Notes: generated by a model not told the origin, from the letters alone. Counted from the first letter of the whole stretch, positions 11,626 to 23,348 are shown. The stretch is DNA of 51,311 bases, filler included, from Sphacelaria rigidula (GCA_964200075.2; 3 parts of 3 records of this genome joined end to end with filler, not necessarily neighbours in it), one strand, 5' to 3'. Translations and numbers: made by a program.

Positions 11626-12896
11626 TAAAACAGCAAATCTTGAGAAAAAATCGCCGGTGACACTGTTCTCTTTCCGTTGTCAAGTGGTCGGACCAGCCTG
11701 CAGGTATGCCCAGCCTGAGTTGCACGCAGTCGTGGTGCGGCGAAAATGATGCCGTTTGAGCGAATCATGGTGCCTATTTTTACCAACAGGCCATCGCATT
11801 GCACGACAGTCAGTGTACAGAAACGGTTTGCAGCACAATACCACTGCATTCGCAGCGAAAACCTCTGGTGGAGGGCGGGGGAGATACAACGTACGCCATT
11901 ATCAGCCGTCTACATCTTTCAAGCCACGGATCACAGCTTCAGGTGCAGCTATATTCGGGGGTGCTGTAGCGGTGAAATTTTAAATCGTGCTCTGTGCTCT
12001 TACTGCATCAGCAAGATCCAGGGGTTTGAAAATGCCGTAAATATCTGAAAAACAGCTGGTCGCCTCCTGTCTCGTGTTGTCGAACCCCTACTGTCTCAAG
12101 GGGGGTCATTTGCAAAGCTCTGCTCGCGACGGACGACTGGTAAAATTATCCCAACACGATTCCGCAAAGACGTTCACTCAGGCATGTTTCTTGAGCAGCG
12201 ATACCACACTCTTGAGATCGAGAGAGTGTCATGCGCGTAGTAGTTTTCCCGCACTCTCTGTTGCAGCATTGGGCTGGTGCTACACCTGGAGATACAGCAA
12301 ATACACAGGCGCAACGCAGTGAGTCTGTTGCTGTTGTGTACTACGCTAGGCCCACCGTCGTATGCCTTACCGTTACAGAAGGCCGACCGTGTAATGTCTC
12401 GTGCGCAGAAGCAATCATTAATAGTCCAAAGTGGGTACTGCTGGATATACTGTAGTGCGCGATCTACTGTATAGCACATTATCTACAAATGCGCGTGTTG
12501 GCCGGTTGCGCCCACTCGGTGTGTTTGTGCCATTTTGTCACGGCTCATCTCTCCCTTATACGATATCCACATCGCCAAAAAAAACCCGCCGTGATTGCAA
12601 CAATCTTTCGTATGGCTAGACCATACACACTCCAGCTCGAGCCTTTCGCATGAAGGGCCTATTCCACAATTGAGCTATCCCAGGGCGACCACCACGGCCA
12701 AGAGAAATACACACAGCCGCGAAGCATGCTTTGGTGCATACAGCAGGAGCACCCGCCCGAACCCTGTTTTGTGCGGAATGAAAATATCGGCACATTTTTT
12801 GGCAGCGTGAAGCCCCCGGGCTCCCCTGTGGTTTCTCGTCCTTGACTGAAATAAACAGGGAAGCAATATCTTGCACATGTGTGATGGAGTACATCG

Positions 12897-13031
12897 TGTA
12901 CAGTATAGTCAGTACAGTACAGTACAGTACGGTACGGTATTGTATGGTACAGTACAGCACAGTACAGCACAGCACAGCACAGTACAGTACACTACACTAC
13001 ACTACAGTACAGTACACAGTACAGTACAGTA
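12897..13031. repeat. Degenerate pentanucleotide microsatellite (CAGTA/CAGCA/CACTA)n
   Basis: Directly visible. Confidence 0.9.
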
Positions 13032-13086
13032 GTAGCGCGAGGATGTGCTGGTTGGACGCTGGTGGGGATCGTGGAATACCTGTTGC

Positions 13087-13170
13087 TGCCATGTTAGGCT
13101 GCTGATGTGTACTTCGCCACGTTGGGCTGCCAATGTGTACTTTGCCACGTTGGGCTGCCAGTGTCTACTT
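13087..13170. repeat. ~28-bp minisatellite, about 3 copies
   Basis: GCCACGTTGGGCTGCCAATGTGTACTTT-like unit repeated. Confidence 0.8.
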
Positions 13171-14707
13171 TATCGCCCGCAGCCTACGATTTCATATCGA
13201 AGGACCGGTGCTGCACTGCTGTATGAACGTGCGTGGCACCCGTCTGCCACCGAGATTGATCCGCCTTTGACATGTTTGGAAACGGGGTTTATATTATACA
13301 TTTCCACAGCAGGCAGGTGGACCGACCAAGACAGAACATGAACGCAACAACGGACGGGCGGGCTACGGTTTCATTTCATTTCCTGTTGCACAGTAGCGCT
13401 CAATATTTCACAGAGCAGCTGGCAAGACACACGACGAGAAACGCGAAATCCTCAATCCACATCGTCATCGCAAGCGTGGGGGTAAATGGAGGTGGTGGTT
13501 TTGTCTCAGTTCGGGGCCTGATATTCATGGCTCACATACTTCTGATCTAATGCGAATCATAACCCTCACCCTAACCCTACCCCCAACTCAAGGTATACTG
13601 AGAATCTTCGGGTAAGGAGGGAAGCGGTTGCGGACCTCAAATCGGCGCCTGCGGCGCTGGTGTAAATCAAACGCGTTCTGTGCACGCTATGAAGCACTTG
13701 GGGCTGTCAGTCCCGTTGAAGATCGGAATCTCTTACGTAGTTCAGACTCAAATCAGATGTTGTCAACCATGAATAGAATTGCCCCGAAGTGGGACAAAGT
13801 CTCCTGGGAAATGATACCAGCTGAATGTGGTCACGGTGACAGTAGATACACATACGAGTAACACGCATAGCTTTAGGAGAAGGGGCAGAAGAGCGATTTC
13901 ACCCGCGATTTATTTAGCTGGAAAAGGGGCGAGCGAGTTTTCTTCAGAACTATCAAGACGTTTTGCCGGGGACTAGTCACTGTGTGTGTGGTCGTACTGT
14001 TCCGTGTAGCCTCGATACGTGACGACTTGAAGCCTCTTTTTATGATCCGGGGAAAAGATCCGGAACAGCGCTAGAACAGTGACCTTTTCCCGATACCTCT
14101 CGACTTTGCTCTCGACGGAAACAGTGTTCGAAACCATTGTTAGTCGATAGAGCACTTTTCGTGCACGTTTTTTCTTCGTTTCTCTTCGCAGACACTTGCA
14201 CGACAATTACCCTTCTTTTTGTTCGACACCTTGAAGTTTCCATTTCCGATTCAGTTGGGAGAATGTGCACTCCCAAAATCAGCCCTGTCTGCTAATTGTT
14301 CCATTCAGTATTATGGCGGACGAGCAGCCCTGACAATGCACACACCCATTACTGCACCCGTCTGTAGAAGATGAGATCTTCCTATTTTTTAAGCTGATCA
14401 TATCGTAATGTTGACAGCTGGGTGTGCCTTTTCAACATGTTGAGGTGGGACGTGAAATGTAGTATAGCTGTGGGCCACATCCGTTGCTCATCATGGGTGA
14501 AGCTGATGTTTTCTATTTCCGGGGACGAACGTTTGAAACGCCAACAAGAGATAGTTGCCAAAATTGATCCCAGCGTCGATTACAGACCGAGAAAGGCCAC
14601 CTAAAGTGTACTGAACCGAACACGATGCACTCAAATATTCGCTTTGATGACTAGAATAGCATCGCTAGGGCTCGCAGACCGTGCAGATTAGAATCGAGTC
14701 CGACTAA

Positions 14708-15203
14708 AAACACGGGATCTTACAAATTGGGGATGGATCTTTTATTGGGGATGAGAAACTCGGAGAGTTCAAATCTTCGTATCAACATCAAATCGTCGAA
14801 ATATGGTTCCATTTCTTTACCTACTGATAGCTATTGACAACTGCTACACGCCATTCAAATTTGGATTTCGATGACCGAAATGTCGGGGTCCTAGGCGATG
14901 AAACAATTTTGGGGAATTTCGGCTGTCCGAACGGATGCCGAAATGGTTCCGAAATTGTTTCATCACCTAGGACCCCGACATTTCGGTCATCGAAATCCAA
15001 ATTTGAATGGCGTGTAGCAGTTGTCAATAGCTACCAGTAGGTAAAGAAATGGAACCATATTTCGACGATTTGATGTTCATACGAATATTTGAATTCTCCA
15101 GGTTTCTCATCCCCAATGGATGATCCATTCCCAATTTGTGAGATCTGTGACGGTTTAAGAGACAACCAACTAGACTACTGACCAAGTCAGCGATCCCGTG
15201 TTT
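14708..15203. mobile_element. Near-perfect foldback MITE (~210-bp arms), family copy 1
   Basis: Termini AAACACGGGATC...GATCCCGTGTTT and nearly identical arms. The mirror ORFs 14821-15027(-) and 14834-15040(+) are a consequence of the palindrome. Confidence 0.9.
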
Positions 15204-15449
15204 AAAGTGAAATAATAAAATAGAACAAGGCTCATTTTATTGCGGAGGAGGTCTGCGACTTTTTGAGATCGCGCCTAGCCAGCCACGCTAAGATACCTCC
15301 AGAACCGGTGAACCCATCAGGCCGTGAATGAATAAATGGATACACAAGAGTTACGATGGATCCCGCAGTCTTAGAGGCGACGTGGACTGATGACTAAAGC
15401 TCGTTGAGGAATACATCAGTCATTCCGTGTTTGGCCTTGCGCGGTTGTC

Positions 15450-15639
15450 GTGCAATGCGGCGTCCCTCCTGACCGCGGCGTCCCCCCCTATCGCCGCCCT
15501 AAGTGTAAAGAGGCGTTTCAACGCCGTTCGGAGGTCCTTCGAGGTCCTCGTGGAAGGGGTTGGGACGCCGCAGTAGAGGGGGGATTGGATGCCGCAGTCA
15601 GGAGGGACGCCGCAGCCAGGGGGGGACGCCGCAATGCAC
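15450..15639. mobile_element. Small GC-rich MITE with GCGGCGTCCC/GGGACGCCGC subterminal repeats
   Basis: GTGCAATGCGGCGTCCC at the left end and GGGACGCCGCAATGCAC at the right end, plus internal repeated copies of the motif. Confidence 0.7.
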
Positions 15640-16119
15640 CACACCTAGTTCCATCATCCCTCTTGTCAGGCCGTCGTAAATCGTCCGTTTCATGTAACTT
15701 CGACGCGAGGAATTCATTTTAGATCCGGGATGTGGTGGTGATGATTCGAACTTACTAGGTGATCCATAAAGTTATTCTCCTGTACTGAAAAACATTTTGT
15801 ATCTGCCTCTGAAGCAAAAGTCGTTTGCCGTGGTTCTTGGTGAGAGAACCATTCTGGATCTTCCGTTTGCTCGAAAAGTGTCTGCTGCATGGTATGCTGC
15901 GGAGCATATACGGTGCCAAACATTTTGCACGCCTCCTGCAAGCAAGTCATTGTTAGCAACAACGACAGGACAACAGCAGTCACATCCAACCTCCGTCTCC
16001 CTCTGACTATCACGCCTGCTAAATTCCAGCGGAATGTAATGGTGTGTGAACCTACTTTCTTCCGTGTGAACCTACCGCGCGTACTGTTTGTCAGGTCGTG
16101 ACTTTAAAACTCCGAAAAA

Positions 16120-16366
16120 ATGAGGAGAGGCTGGTCGGTGTCATTTTTTCTCCTGTGCGTGGTGGCTTTGCTCATCTACCGAGGGCCTTGCCAGGCTCAC
16201 TTGGAAGAAGCCTCATCGCGCCCCAACATGAGAGGCGAGAGGCTCCTCCAATATAATGCCCCGGTAGTGGGGGTCAACTTCGCTGCGGCAAGCGGTACCT
16301 CCGCCAACACTACTGTCACCAAAGCGAAGCTGGTCCAAGCACTCGAACGTGACGGCCAGTACACTG
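16120..16366 (+). CDS. Probable first exon of an uncharacterised secreted protein
   Basis: AAAAATG context. Signal-peptide-like MRRGWSVSFFLLCVVALLIYRGPCQA. Phase-1 GTGAGA donor at 16367. Confidence 0.55.
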
Positions 16367-16551
16367 GTGAGAGCGACTCTCCTGTATCACTCGCTTGGGT
16401 GGTGATGTAGTAGGTTCACGCGGTATCACTGGGATGTAGTATACGCAAGAAGCGGACAGATGGGGATATTCACCACCGGCAGATAACACGGACTTTCAAT
16501 TGCATCATGAGGCGTTGTTGTAGTCAACGGAGAATATCAGTAGGCACGCAG

Positions 16552-16914
16552 AATCTTCCATGAAAGAGTGATCCTATGAGGGAGGGTGTACTCATGGTTT
16601 TGCATGCCATGGGCATAAGACCGTCGACCTTGCATGGAGGGGGTAGGAGGGGTTGATGGGTGTATCCGACGACCTAAAATACTCGTGGTGTGCTTTGTAT
16701 GGGTGAAACGGTGTCGAGCAGTCTGAACGAGCGTCTCGTTCGTACCAAGCGCGTTCGAACGACAGTTGCCTTTTACTGCGACGATATGAAGTGGCATTTT
16801 TGTACAAGAAATGGCCCAAAATATCCTCCCCCCCCTCAATCACAGGATGACTCGAATACGGGAGCACACCTCTAGAACGGGATCAGTTAACGATGAACCC
16901 ATTCGGGATAATTG
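16552..16914 (+). CDS. Tentative exons 16552-16642 (contains an in-frame TGA) and 16846-16914 of the same gene
   Basis: CAG/GTAGGA and CAG/GTAAGA boundaries with compatible phases (1->2, 2->2). Reads ESSMKE*SYEGGCTHGFACHGHKTVDLAWRG-MTRIREHTSRTGSVNDEPIRDN. Confidence 0.3.
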
Positions 16915-17043
16915 GTAAGACGGCAGTCGGTAAGAACCGAACGAATGATGAAATGCTAAGCAACACCACCACCCCCACCCCCCGCAGAACAAGAGGGGAA
17001 ACCGATCCAAAAATACAAAACAGAACAATAAAAATCACAAAAA

Positions 17044-17143
17044 NNNNNNNNNNNNNNNNNNNNNNNNNNNNNNNNNNNNNNNNNNNNTTAATTAATTAAN
17101 NNNNNNNNNNNNNNNNNNNNNNNNNNNNNNNNNNNNNNNNNNN
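17044..17143. other. Assembly gap: 44 N + TTAATTAATTAA + 44 N
   Basis: Fixed 100-nt placeholder with a six-frame stop linker; identical structure at 34181-34280. Confidence 0.97.
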
Positions 17144-17317
17144 GGATGTAGCTCACCCTTCATGCGACTCGCCGAACACACCACGGCGCTTCGCGCTTGG
17201 TGGTTTGAGTGCGAGCCTGGTCCGGCGAAAACCCGGCGTGCTCCGTCCCGGCTTTGTCGAGGCCGATGTTCTTACGACTATGACATGCATGATCATGAGT
17301 ACACCCCCTGCCCCCCC
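17144..17317 (+). mobile_element. 3' part of the poly(C)-tailed SINE-like element, abutting the gap
   Basis: Matches 7-175. Ends CATGAGTACACCCCCTGCCCCCCC. Confidence 0.8.
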
Positions 17318-17339
17318 ACAACCATCCCCAGAACTACCA

Positions 17340-18010
17340 AGAAGAAAATGGCCTTACATCGTATGATAGCTGGTGCCAGACTGCATAAAGCGCATCATTT
17401 CGGCTACATCGGCGAAAACGATTCCAAGCGTGGAAGTTCCTAGCTGCTCGGTGTGCTCGGCTTTTGTCATTATGATTCACATGAAACATCGTTTCCTCCT
17501 CGGACCAGCCACTTTTCCCGGGGGTGGGGAGGGGGGGCGTACTCATTTGTTGCTTGCCTTAGTCATTTGACCATTGACCACGCATCCCTTTCGAGACGGA
17601 GCACCGGGGGTGGGGGGGGGGGGAAGGGGCTACTGCGGCATGACTCTTCGGCACGTCCATCTCGTGATAACGACTAAATTCATGGCGGGTCAATTCATGC
17701 GCGGCGATCCATCAATCGATCAATTGATGGACATTCGAAACCACTCGTGCTATGGAGTCCTTCTCCGATATATATATATACATATACCCTCCCCACAAAA
17801 GGAGCCCAAAACTGTCACGAAGAAATAGTCATACAGCGCCTGATGTTTGGTTTCAGGCTTCATGAAGCGCCTCATAAAGGCGACATTGGCGAAAGTGAAC
17901 CCAAGTGTGGGAATTCCTGGCTGCTCGTTGTGCTCGGCTTTTTTCGTGCTGATTTATGTGTAGGTGTTGGCTCCCCAATTCAGCCACTTCTGGGGGGGAA
18001 GGGGGGGGCG
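17340..18010 (+). repeat. Diverged direct repeat pair (~17340-17525 and ~17818-18005)
   Basis: Shared GAAGAAA...GGCGAAA...CCAAG.GTGG.A.TTCCT.GCTGCTCG.TGTGCTCGGCTTTT...CAGCCACTT, followed by a G-run in both copies. Confidence 0.65.
17530..17603 (-). mobile_element. Severely 5'-truncated LINE 3' end with poly(C) tail and apparent TSD
   Basis: Nearly identical to 32371-32437. Flanked on both sides by CCGGGGGTGGGG (17518-17529 and 17604-17615). Confidence 0.8.
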
Positions 18011-18300
18011 GGCTATCGAGGAAAGACTCTCGTGCTATCACTGAACCTGTCCTCCCGCGATCTTTGCCGCTAATTGCGAACTTACTTGTGTCGGTATGTG
18101 CACTTTCATACGGAATCCCTGCCAACTTGCATGTGTTCGAGTGTGATCTCGTGGATCGCTGCTACTCGCATCACATGAAAGCGCTCCCCTCAGCATCTGG
18201 GATGATACCATGAGAGTAAGCGATAAAACCTACCCAGAACAATCAGGACTTTAAATTTGCGACGTACCTCATCCTTCAACTGCGACGGGGCCCATTTTAG

Positions 18301-18450
18301 TTCACGTATGTTACTTGAACACTTTGGGCAACTTGGGTTTCCTCTACCGAAACTCGTTCAGTGGAGCTTTTTCTCTACCTTGCCGCCAAAGGGTCAAAAC
18401 GGTGCCCTCTTGGTCGGTGTCGAACCAGGAAAAGCGGTTCTCAGCTTTTT
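18301..18450 (+). CDS. Tentative internal exon, 150 nt
   Basis: TTTTAG acceptor, perfect GTAAGT donor, length a multiple of 3. The phase-2 frame is open (SRMLLEHFGQLGFPLPKLVQWSFFSTLPPKGQNGALLVGVEPGKAVLSF); a second frame is also open. Confidence 0.45.
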
Positions 18451-18871
18451 GTAAGTCGTCAAGCGCGTGCTATTTAGTATTTAGCATGGTCATGCGGCAT
18501 CGAGAGAGCTAAGAATGGTTTCGTAAGATTGAGAGTAGAGGATACGATAGAGAGTGAGAAGCGGCCAATTAATGAAGTGTATATATTCAGTTTCGGAATT
18601 CCCCCCCACGAGGCTCGATACGTTCTCTGTAATATTATACCGTAGCTTGCCACTAAAGCCTTTGATATCTCTGAGTAGGATATCGACATGTAATTGTAGA
18701 CACACGACAGTGCTACAGGCAAAGAAAATGACATGTAAAATGGAAATTCGTCAAGATAGAGAAATGAAGAAATGAAAAAAACTCGCTCCCAATGAACGCT
18801 AAACTCTCCATCTCACGAACACGGTATCATCTGTGATTTATAAAGGTGCTACGCACTGTGTGCGCGCGAGC

Positions 18872-18872
<1 letters not shown>

Positions 18873-18920
<48 letters not shown>
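18873..18920. repeat. (TG)n microsatellite
   Basis: About 24 uninterrupted TG units. Confidence 0.98.
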
Positions 18921-18923
<3 letters not shown>

Positions 18924-19259
18924 ACTACACTGTGAAATAAATGTGAAGTACACAAACCAATGAACAACGGACGTCATCATGAGGAAAAGCGGGAACCAGA
19001 AACGTTCCGGCTGCTGAGTACCCATCGAGTTGATTGATTGATTGATTCTGGCACATGAAGTGATCGGTGGGACATCCAGTCGTTGTCATAGTCCACGACA
19101 TGGACGGGTGTGCCCGAGGTAAACCAAGGTCGGGAATACTCGCACAAGAAAACTCCAGGAAGGGGAGAGACAAAGGAAGAAGGGTGGACCAAATGAAATA
19201 TTCTGCGAGGGGAAAACAAGAGAGGAACAAGCGTATTCCTACTGAACTAAATGACGAAG

Positions 19260-19917
19260 GTACTTCTGGACAGCGGGGGAGGCTGGGGTTGTTCCAGTAA
19301 GCAGCCAAGATGTAACCACAACTCACCAGATACTGTGCAAACTATCTGGTGAACTCGAGTGTTAGGGAGAAATGATCGTCTACCTCACACAACGTTTCCG
19401 AGGCACAAGATGAGAGCAAATACTCGACAGTCGCACGACGCTCCACCCCGTGCACAAGGCAAGACATGATAACGAAGGCCCGCTTCAGGATGACGTTTTG
19501 AGGTCAGCAACGTTCACCACGGTATCCAGCCACCTTGGTAGTGCCCGATAACTTGTGAATGGTCACTGGCCACCGTGAAACTCGTTGGTACAGGAAACAG
19601 CCACTTTGGTGCGTACGCTAGTTATGGAAGGGGTCACCTTGGTACTCATTGGTACGGTAACCGGCCACCGCAGTCGAGTACGGCACTTTTATTTTCAGGG
19701 TGTGCTTCTTCAGCGTGTGTCAACTCAGGGCTGTATGTCATGTCTTGACATCCGAAGAACGCGAATGGCACGTGGACCTGTTGTTTACAAAACTCAAATG
19801 CAAGCTTAGCCCTCTGAACACGGGCAGACTCTCGCAGCTAAAGAAGAAGCACGACGAGCGAAATCCAGAGGTTCGCCCAGCAATATTAACCAACTGTTCA
19901 GCGACCAGAAACCGTGA
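19260..19917 (+). CDS. Tentative last exons 19260-19296 and 19828-19917 of the secreted-protein gene
   Basis: AAG/GTAAGC micro-exon (YFWTAGEAGVVP), then a CAG-acceptor exon TLAAKEEARRAKSRGSPSNINQLFSDQKP*. Phases fit but no homology was recognised. Confidence 0.25.
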
Positions 19918-20069
19918 AAGACACCGGCATCCTCTTCCAGACAGAAAATCGAGGTAAAAAATTAAAATTCTGACAATGAAAATTGGTCAAAGCTGACAGC
20001 ATGTCGACGATCTACACTCTTGCCAATGACAAAAAACAACGGCTATTGGTCTATTCATCTAATATTGCT

Positions 20070-20183
20070 TCATAGCGTGAGGTCGACGAGTGTGGCCGCA
20101 GCCGGCGCCGTCTCCAGTGCCACAATTTTCTCTTTGCACCGAGCTGCCGCTGCTTTGCTGGCTTCGACAGCATCGTGGAGGGT
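20070..20183 (-). CDS. RGS-domain gene, probable terminal exon
   Basis: AAG acceptor after a T-rich tract, phase 0. Encodes TLHDAVEASKAAAARCKEKIVALETAPAAATLVDLTL*. Confidence 0.5.
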   Translation of the reverse strand, partial: TLHDAVEASKAAAARCKEKIVALETAPAAATLVDLTL

Positions 20184-21187
20184 CTTGAAGATCATCCAAG
20201 GCGAAAATACGCCATCCGAGAAGGAAAGGAATGAAAAAAAACATATTACAAAAAACACAAAATGACCTTGTGCGGTTGGAGCCTACTACCTATCCACCAA
20301 AAGCTGTACACGTTCACCACTGTCCCACTGAAGTAAGTTGCGCCGACTGAGGTTAGGAGTTTATTTTTTGCGTTGCTGTAAAGTAATTGGGAGCAATACA
20401 TTTACGCGATATTTTGTGTGCGGGGTCATGAGAAATCACAGGAATGCAAGGATTTGTTTCATAATCGTTTGGACGGAAATGGGGAAAAGATGGCGTGCTC
20501 GGTAACGATCTGGACGGGAACGGAAGACCTTCATTTGCTTGGTAACGGTTTCAATGGGGGTAAAAATTCCGATTTATCTGGGTATCCCATTTCCAAATTG
20601 CCCGTGGTTTTACCGCGATAAATCCCACGCGTGAAAAATCCTGAAGTGAGCCCTGACGAGAATAACGTAAGGAGGTGGGTGCTATAACAGGGCCATTGTA
20701 TATGATGACAGGAAATATTTTACTCAGCCTGGCAACCTTCCTCAAGCTTCCGTGTGAATATTTTCAGAGTAAATGATCTTTCTTCTCAAAGTACTTCCAC
20801 GATGAACGCGTAGACTTCTTTACCAAGTCGCCAGAAACTGCTTTGCGTGGATACGACGTCCTCATGAGGCCACCAAGAACTCAACCTCACCGAACCCTTA
20901 CCCTCACCCTAACCTCAACCCCAATAAAATGCAGACCATGAACCCTCGGGCACCTGAGGTGTCCCCACCAGAGACAGTCACATTGCCAACAATACCTGCT
21001 GTTTTATAATTGTGACATAAAAACGACGCCATTATGACGCGACTGTCTTTGTCCTAGGCCAATGACACGCACATGGCTTACATGCCAACTATACTCGAGG
21101 CGGATTGGTAAGTCTGCTGAAAGCATAGTGCCTGAGAGCGTCATACTTCATCATCTGCGGCACCCCGAAGTGGCAGGCCTCGCTCAC

Positions 21188-21286
21188 CTCGTGCTTTTCA
21201 ACTGTCTCCAGCTGTGTTGCGGCTCCCAGGAAGTCCTCCGAATGGTGGAACCTGAACATGACGTTCTGCTCCAGCATCAACTCCAC
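21188..21286 (-). CDS. RGS-domain gene exon (C-terminal RGS helices)
   Basis: CTACAG acceptor, GTGAGC donor, 99 nt. Encodes VELMLEQNVMFRFHHSEDFLGAATQLETVEKHE, matching the RGS end motif V-x-x-M/L-x-x-x-D/N-x-x-x-R-F-x-x-S-x-x-F. Confidence 0.85.
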
Positions 21287-22139
21287 CTGTAGAAGTAGGT
21301 TGGTTGATGAATTGATCGATTGTCTCACACAAAGGGACCCACTACGGATCTAGATGTACAGACGCTGAACGAACGGAAGCACTCCCTCACCAAATCTCGA
21401 GGAGAAGACAACTGCACCGAAACACATCATTAAACTGATAGACACGCCTGGCAAAGAACGGTCCGAAGGGGAACCCAGGTAGGCGCCCGACTGGGCTTCA
21501 GACGGGAGGTACTACGGGAGACGAGGTCGTGGGAGAACGTTGATTGAGTGTCGCACATTGATACTTCCATCGCCAGGGTGAATCATCTGGGTCATTCAGA
21601 TTTTACAGTTGGCGGTGAACGTGCTCACTGATTGGCTACGTATCACAAAGCAGCCGTGTTCACAGGACAGACACACCCAAGACAGGTAAACCGAGACACA
21701 CGCTAGAGTTAACTCGAGTAAAGAATATGGAGAGAAGGAAAGGCAAGGTAAGAAAGACTAGGTAGCCGTCAGGCTAATATCTTTAGACGTGGCACGGGTC
21801 CCGAAAAAATCCTCGACAGGCCCCTGCCAGGGCTTTCGAGGAAGAAGCCCGGCAAAGAGGCAGGAGCGACACCGCAAACAAACATGCGACTCGGCCAACT
21901 GGAAGAAGGCGCTACAATAGTTGGGCAAGAGCTGTAACCCACCAGCTCTGCTGCAGCGAGACATATACACAACTAAGGCTCGAGGAGAGAAGAGCACAGA
22001 AAAAAATGAGACACGAAGCGGAGAAAGGGGGCTGGAAGGAGAAATAAGCAAGAGATAAAAATGAAGCAGAAATTAAGGAAAGGGAGACGGAACAGGAACC
22101 TTCATATCAACGAGAACACTGCCAGAGAACACAGGGATC

Positions 22140-22572
22140 AAACACCGGATTTCACATATTGGGGATGGATTTTTTATTGGGGATGAAAACCCGGAGAATT
22201 AAAATCTTCGCATCCACACCAAATCTTCGAAGCATGCTTCCATTTCTTCACTTTCTGGTTCCCATCGGAAACTACTACACGACATACAAATTTGGATTTC
22301 GATGACCGAAATATCGGGGTTCTAGGTGAAAACACAATTCAGGCGTCCCATCGGACCACGTAAATCCCCCACAGTCGGTTTTCGACCTAGGATCCCGACA
22401 TTTCGATTACCGAAATCCAAATTTTTACGGCGTGTAGTAGTTGTTAATAGCTACCAGAAAGTGAAGAATTGGAAGCATACTTCGAATATTTGCTGTGGAT
22501 ACGAAGATTTTAATTCTCCGGGTTCTCATCCCCAATAAATAATCCATCCCCAATTTGTAAAATCCCGTGTTT
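22140..22572. mobile_element. Foldback MITE, family copy 2 (homologous to 14708-15203)
   Basis: Same arm sequence (ATTGGGGATGGAT..TTTATTGGGGATGA; AAATTTGGATTTCGATGACCGAAAT). Flanked by ATC on both sides, a possible 3-bp TSD. Confidence 0.85.
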
Positions 22573-23317
22573 ATCATCGCTAAAGTTGCAGTAAAAAATC
22601 GGTACAAAACGGGGGGGAAAAGGTACCGGTTTCCGTGTTACCCACGCTTCCCCTCCGCCTGCGTCGGTATATACAAAGTGGGCCCATCTGTCCGTCATTT
22701 CCGTCCTGGAGTTTGGTGCCTCGCTTCTTTCTGTAGGGTCCATGGATGAAAGGTTTCGTCCCAAAATAGTGGGGTGGTAGTAGATGAGCCGCATTTTTTT
22801 CCCAGGGTATTTTGTTTCCTACGATTGCGTATGAGTGTAGTTTCCGCGAAAGACCTTATTCACCGAAGCAGTGTGGCAGAGGCCGGCGTTTTCGATATAT
22901 ATATATATATGTGTGTTTCTCTTCTTTATCCTTCTGTTTTTTTTTCAGTGTACCGTGCTGGTCTGTCTTACCCTCTTCCGTTTTTTCTTCCTCTTTTGTT
23001 TGTTTTATTCCTCAGCGAGTGTTACAGTATTGTTTTGTCTGGGGTACGTCCATCACGTGTTCACGGCTGCATCCCTGGGGGGTCAGTTGGAGTACGGCAA
23101 TCAATCAACCAAATTTGATTTCCTCGCTGGCTGTGGTTACTGTCAATGTACAGCAGTGGCCGCTTACGACGCAAAGGCACCTGATTTGATGTAGGCTAGA
23201 CTGAGAGAAGCCTTCGCATCGTCGCGCCTCCTCGGATGCCTTTGCATTTTCCCACTCCCAGATACCACTTGCCTACGTTTTTCGCAGCAGTGACTCTAAC
23301 ATCCGAGTGTTTACCAC

Positions 23318-23319
<2 letters not shown>

Positions 23320-23348
<29 letters not shown>

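Noticed and set aside
12897-13170. Short periodic repeats considered as a CRISPR-like array
   Set aside because: No unique spacers, no cas genes, eukaryotic context; these are ordinary micro/minisatellites.
14821-15040. Mirror-image ORFs with identical ends on both strands
   Set aside because: A consequence of the DNA palindrome; non-ATG starts and no protein features.
17088-17099. TTAATTAATTAA palindrome inside N runs (also 34225-34236)
   Set aside because: Identical 44N-12-44N structure twice: an artificial six-frame stop linker from scaffolding, not biology.
18920-19200. Element ending in (AATC)n, loosely similar to ~22990-23110
   Set aside because: Probably another retroelement 3' end, but the similarity is too weak to define by eye.
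20700-21972. Other exon-like minus-strand frames near 20715-20870 and 21760-21950
   Set aside because: They contain stops or lack good donors, and are not needed for a continuous RGS domain.
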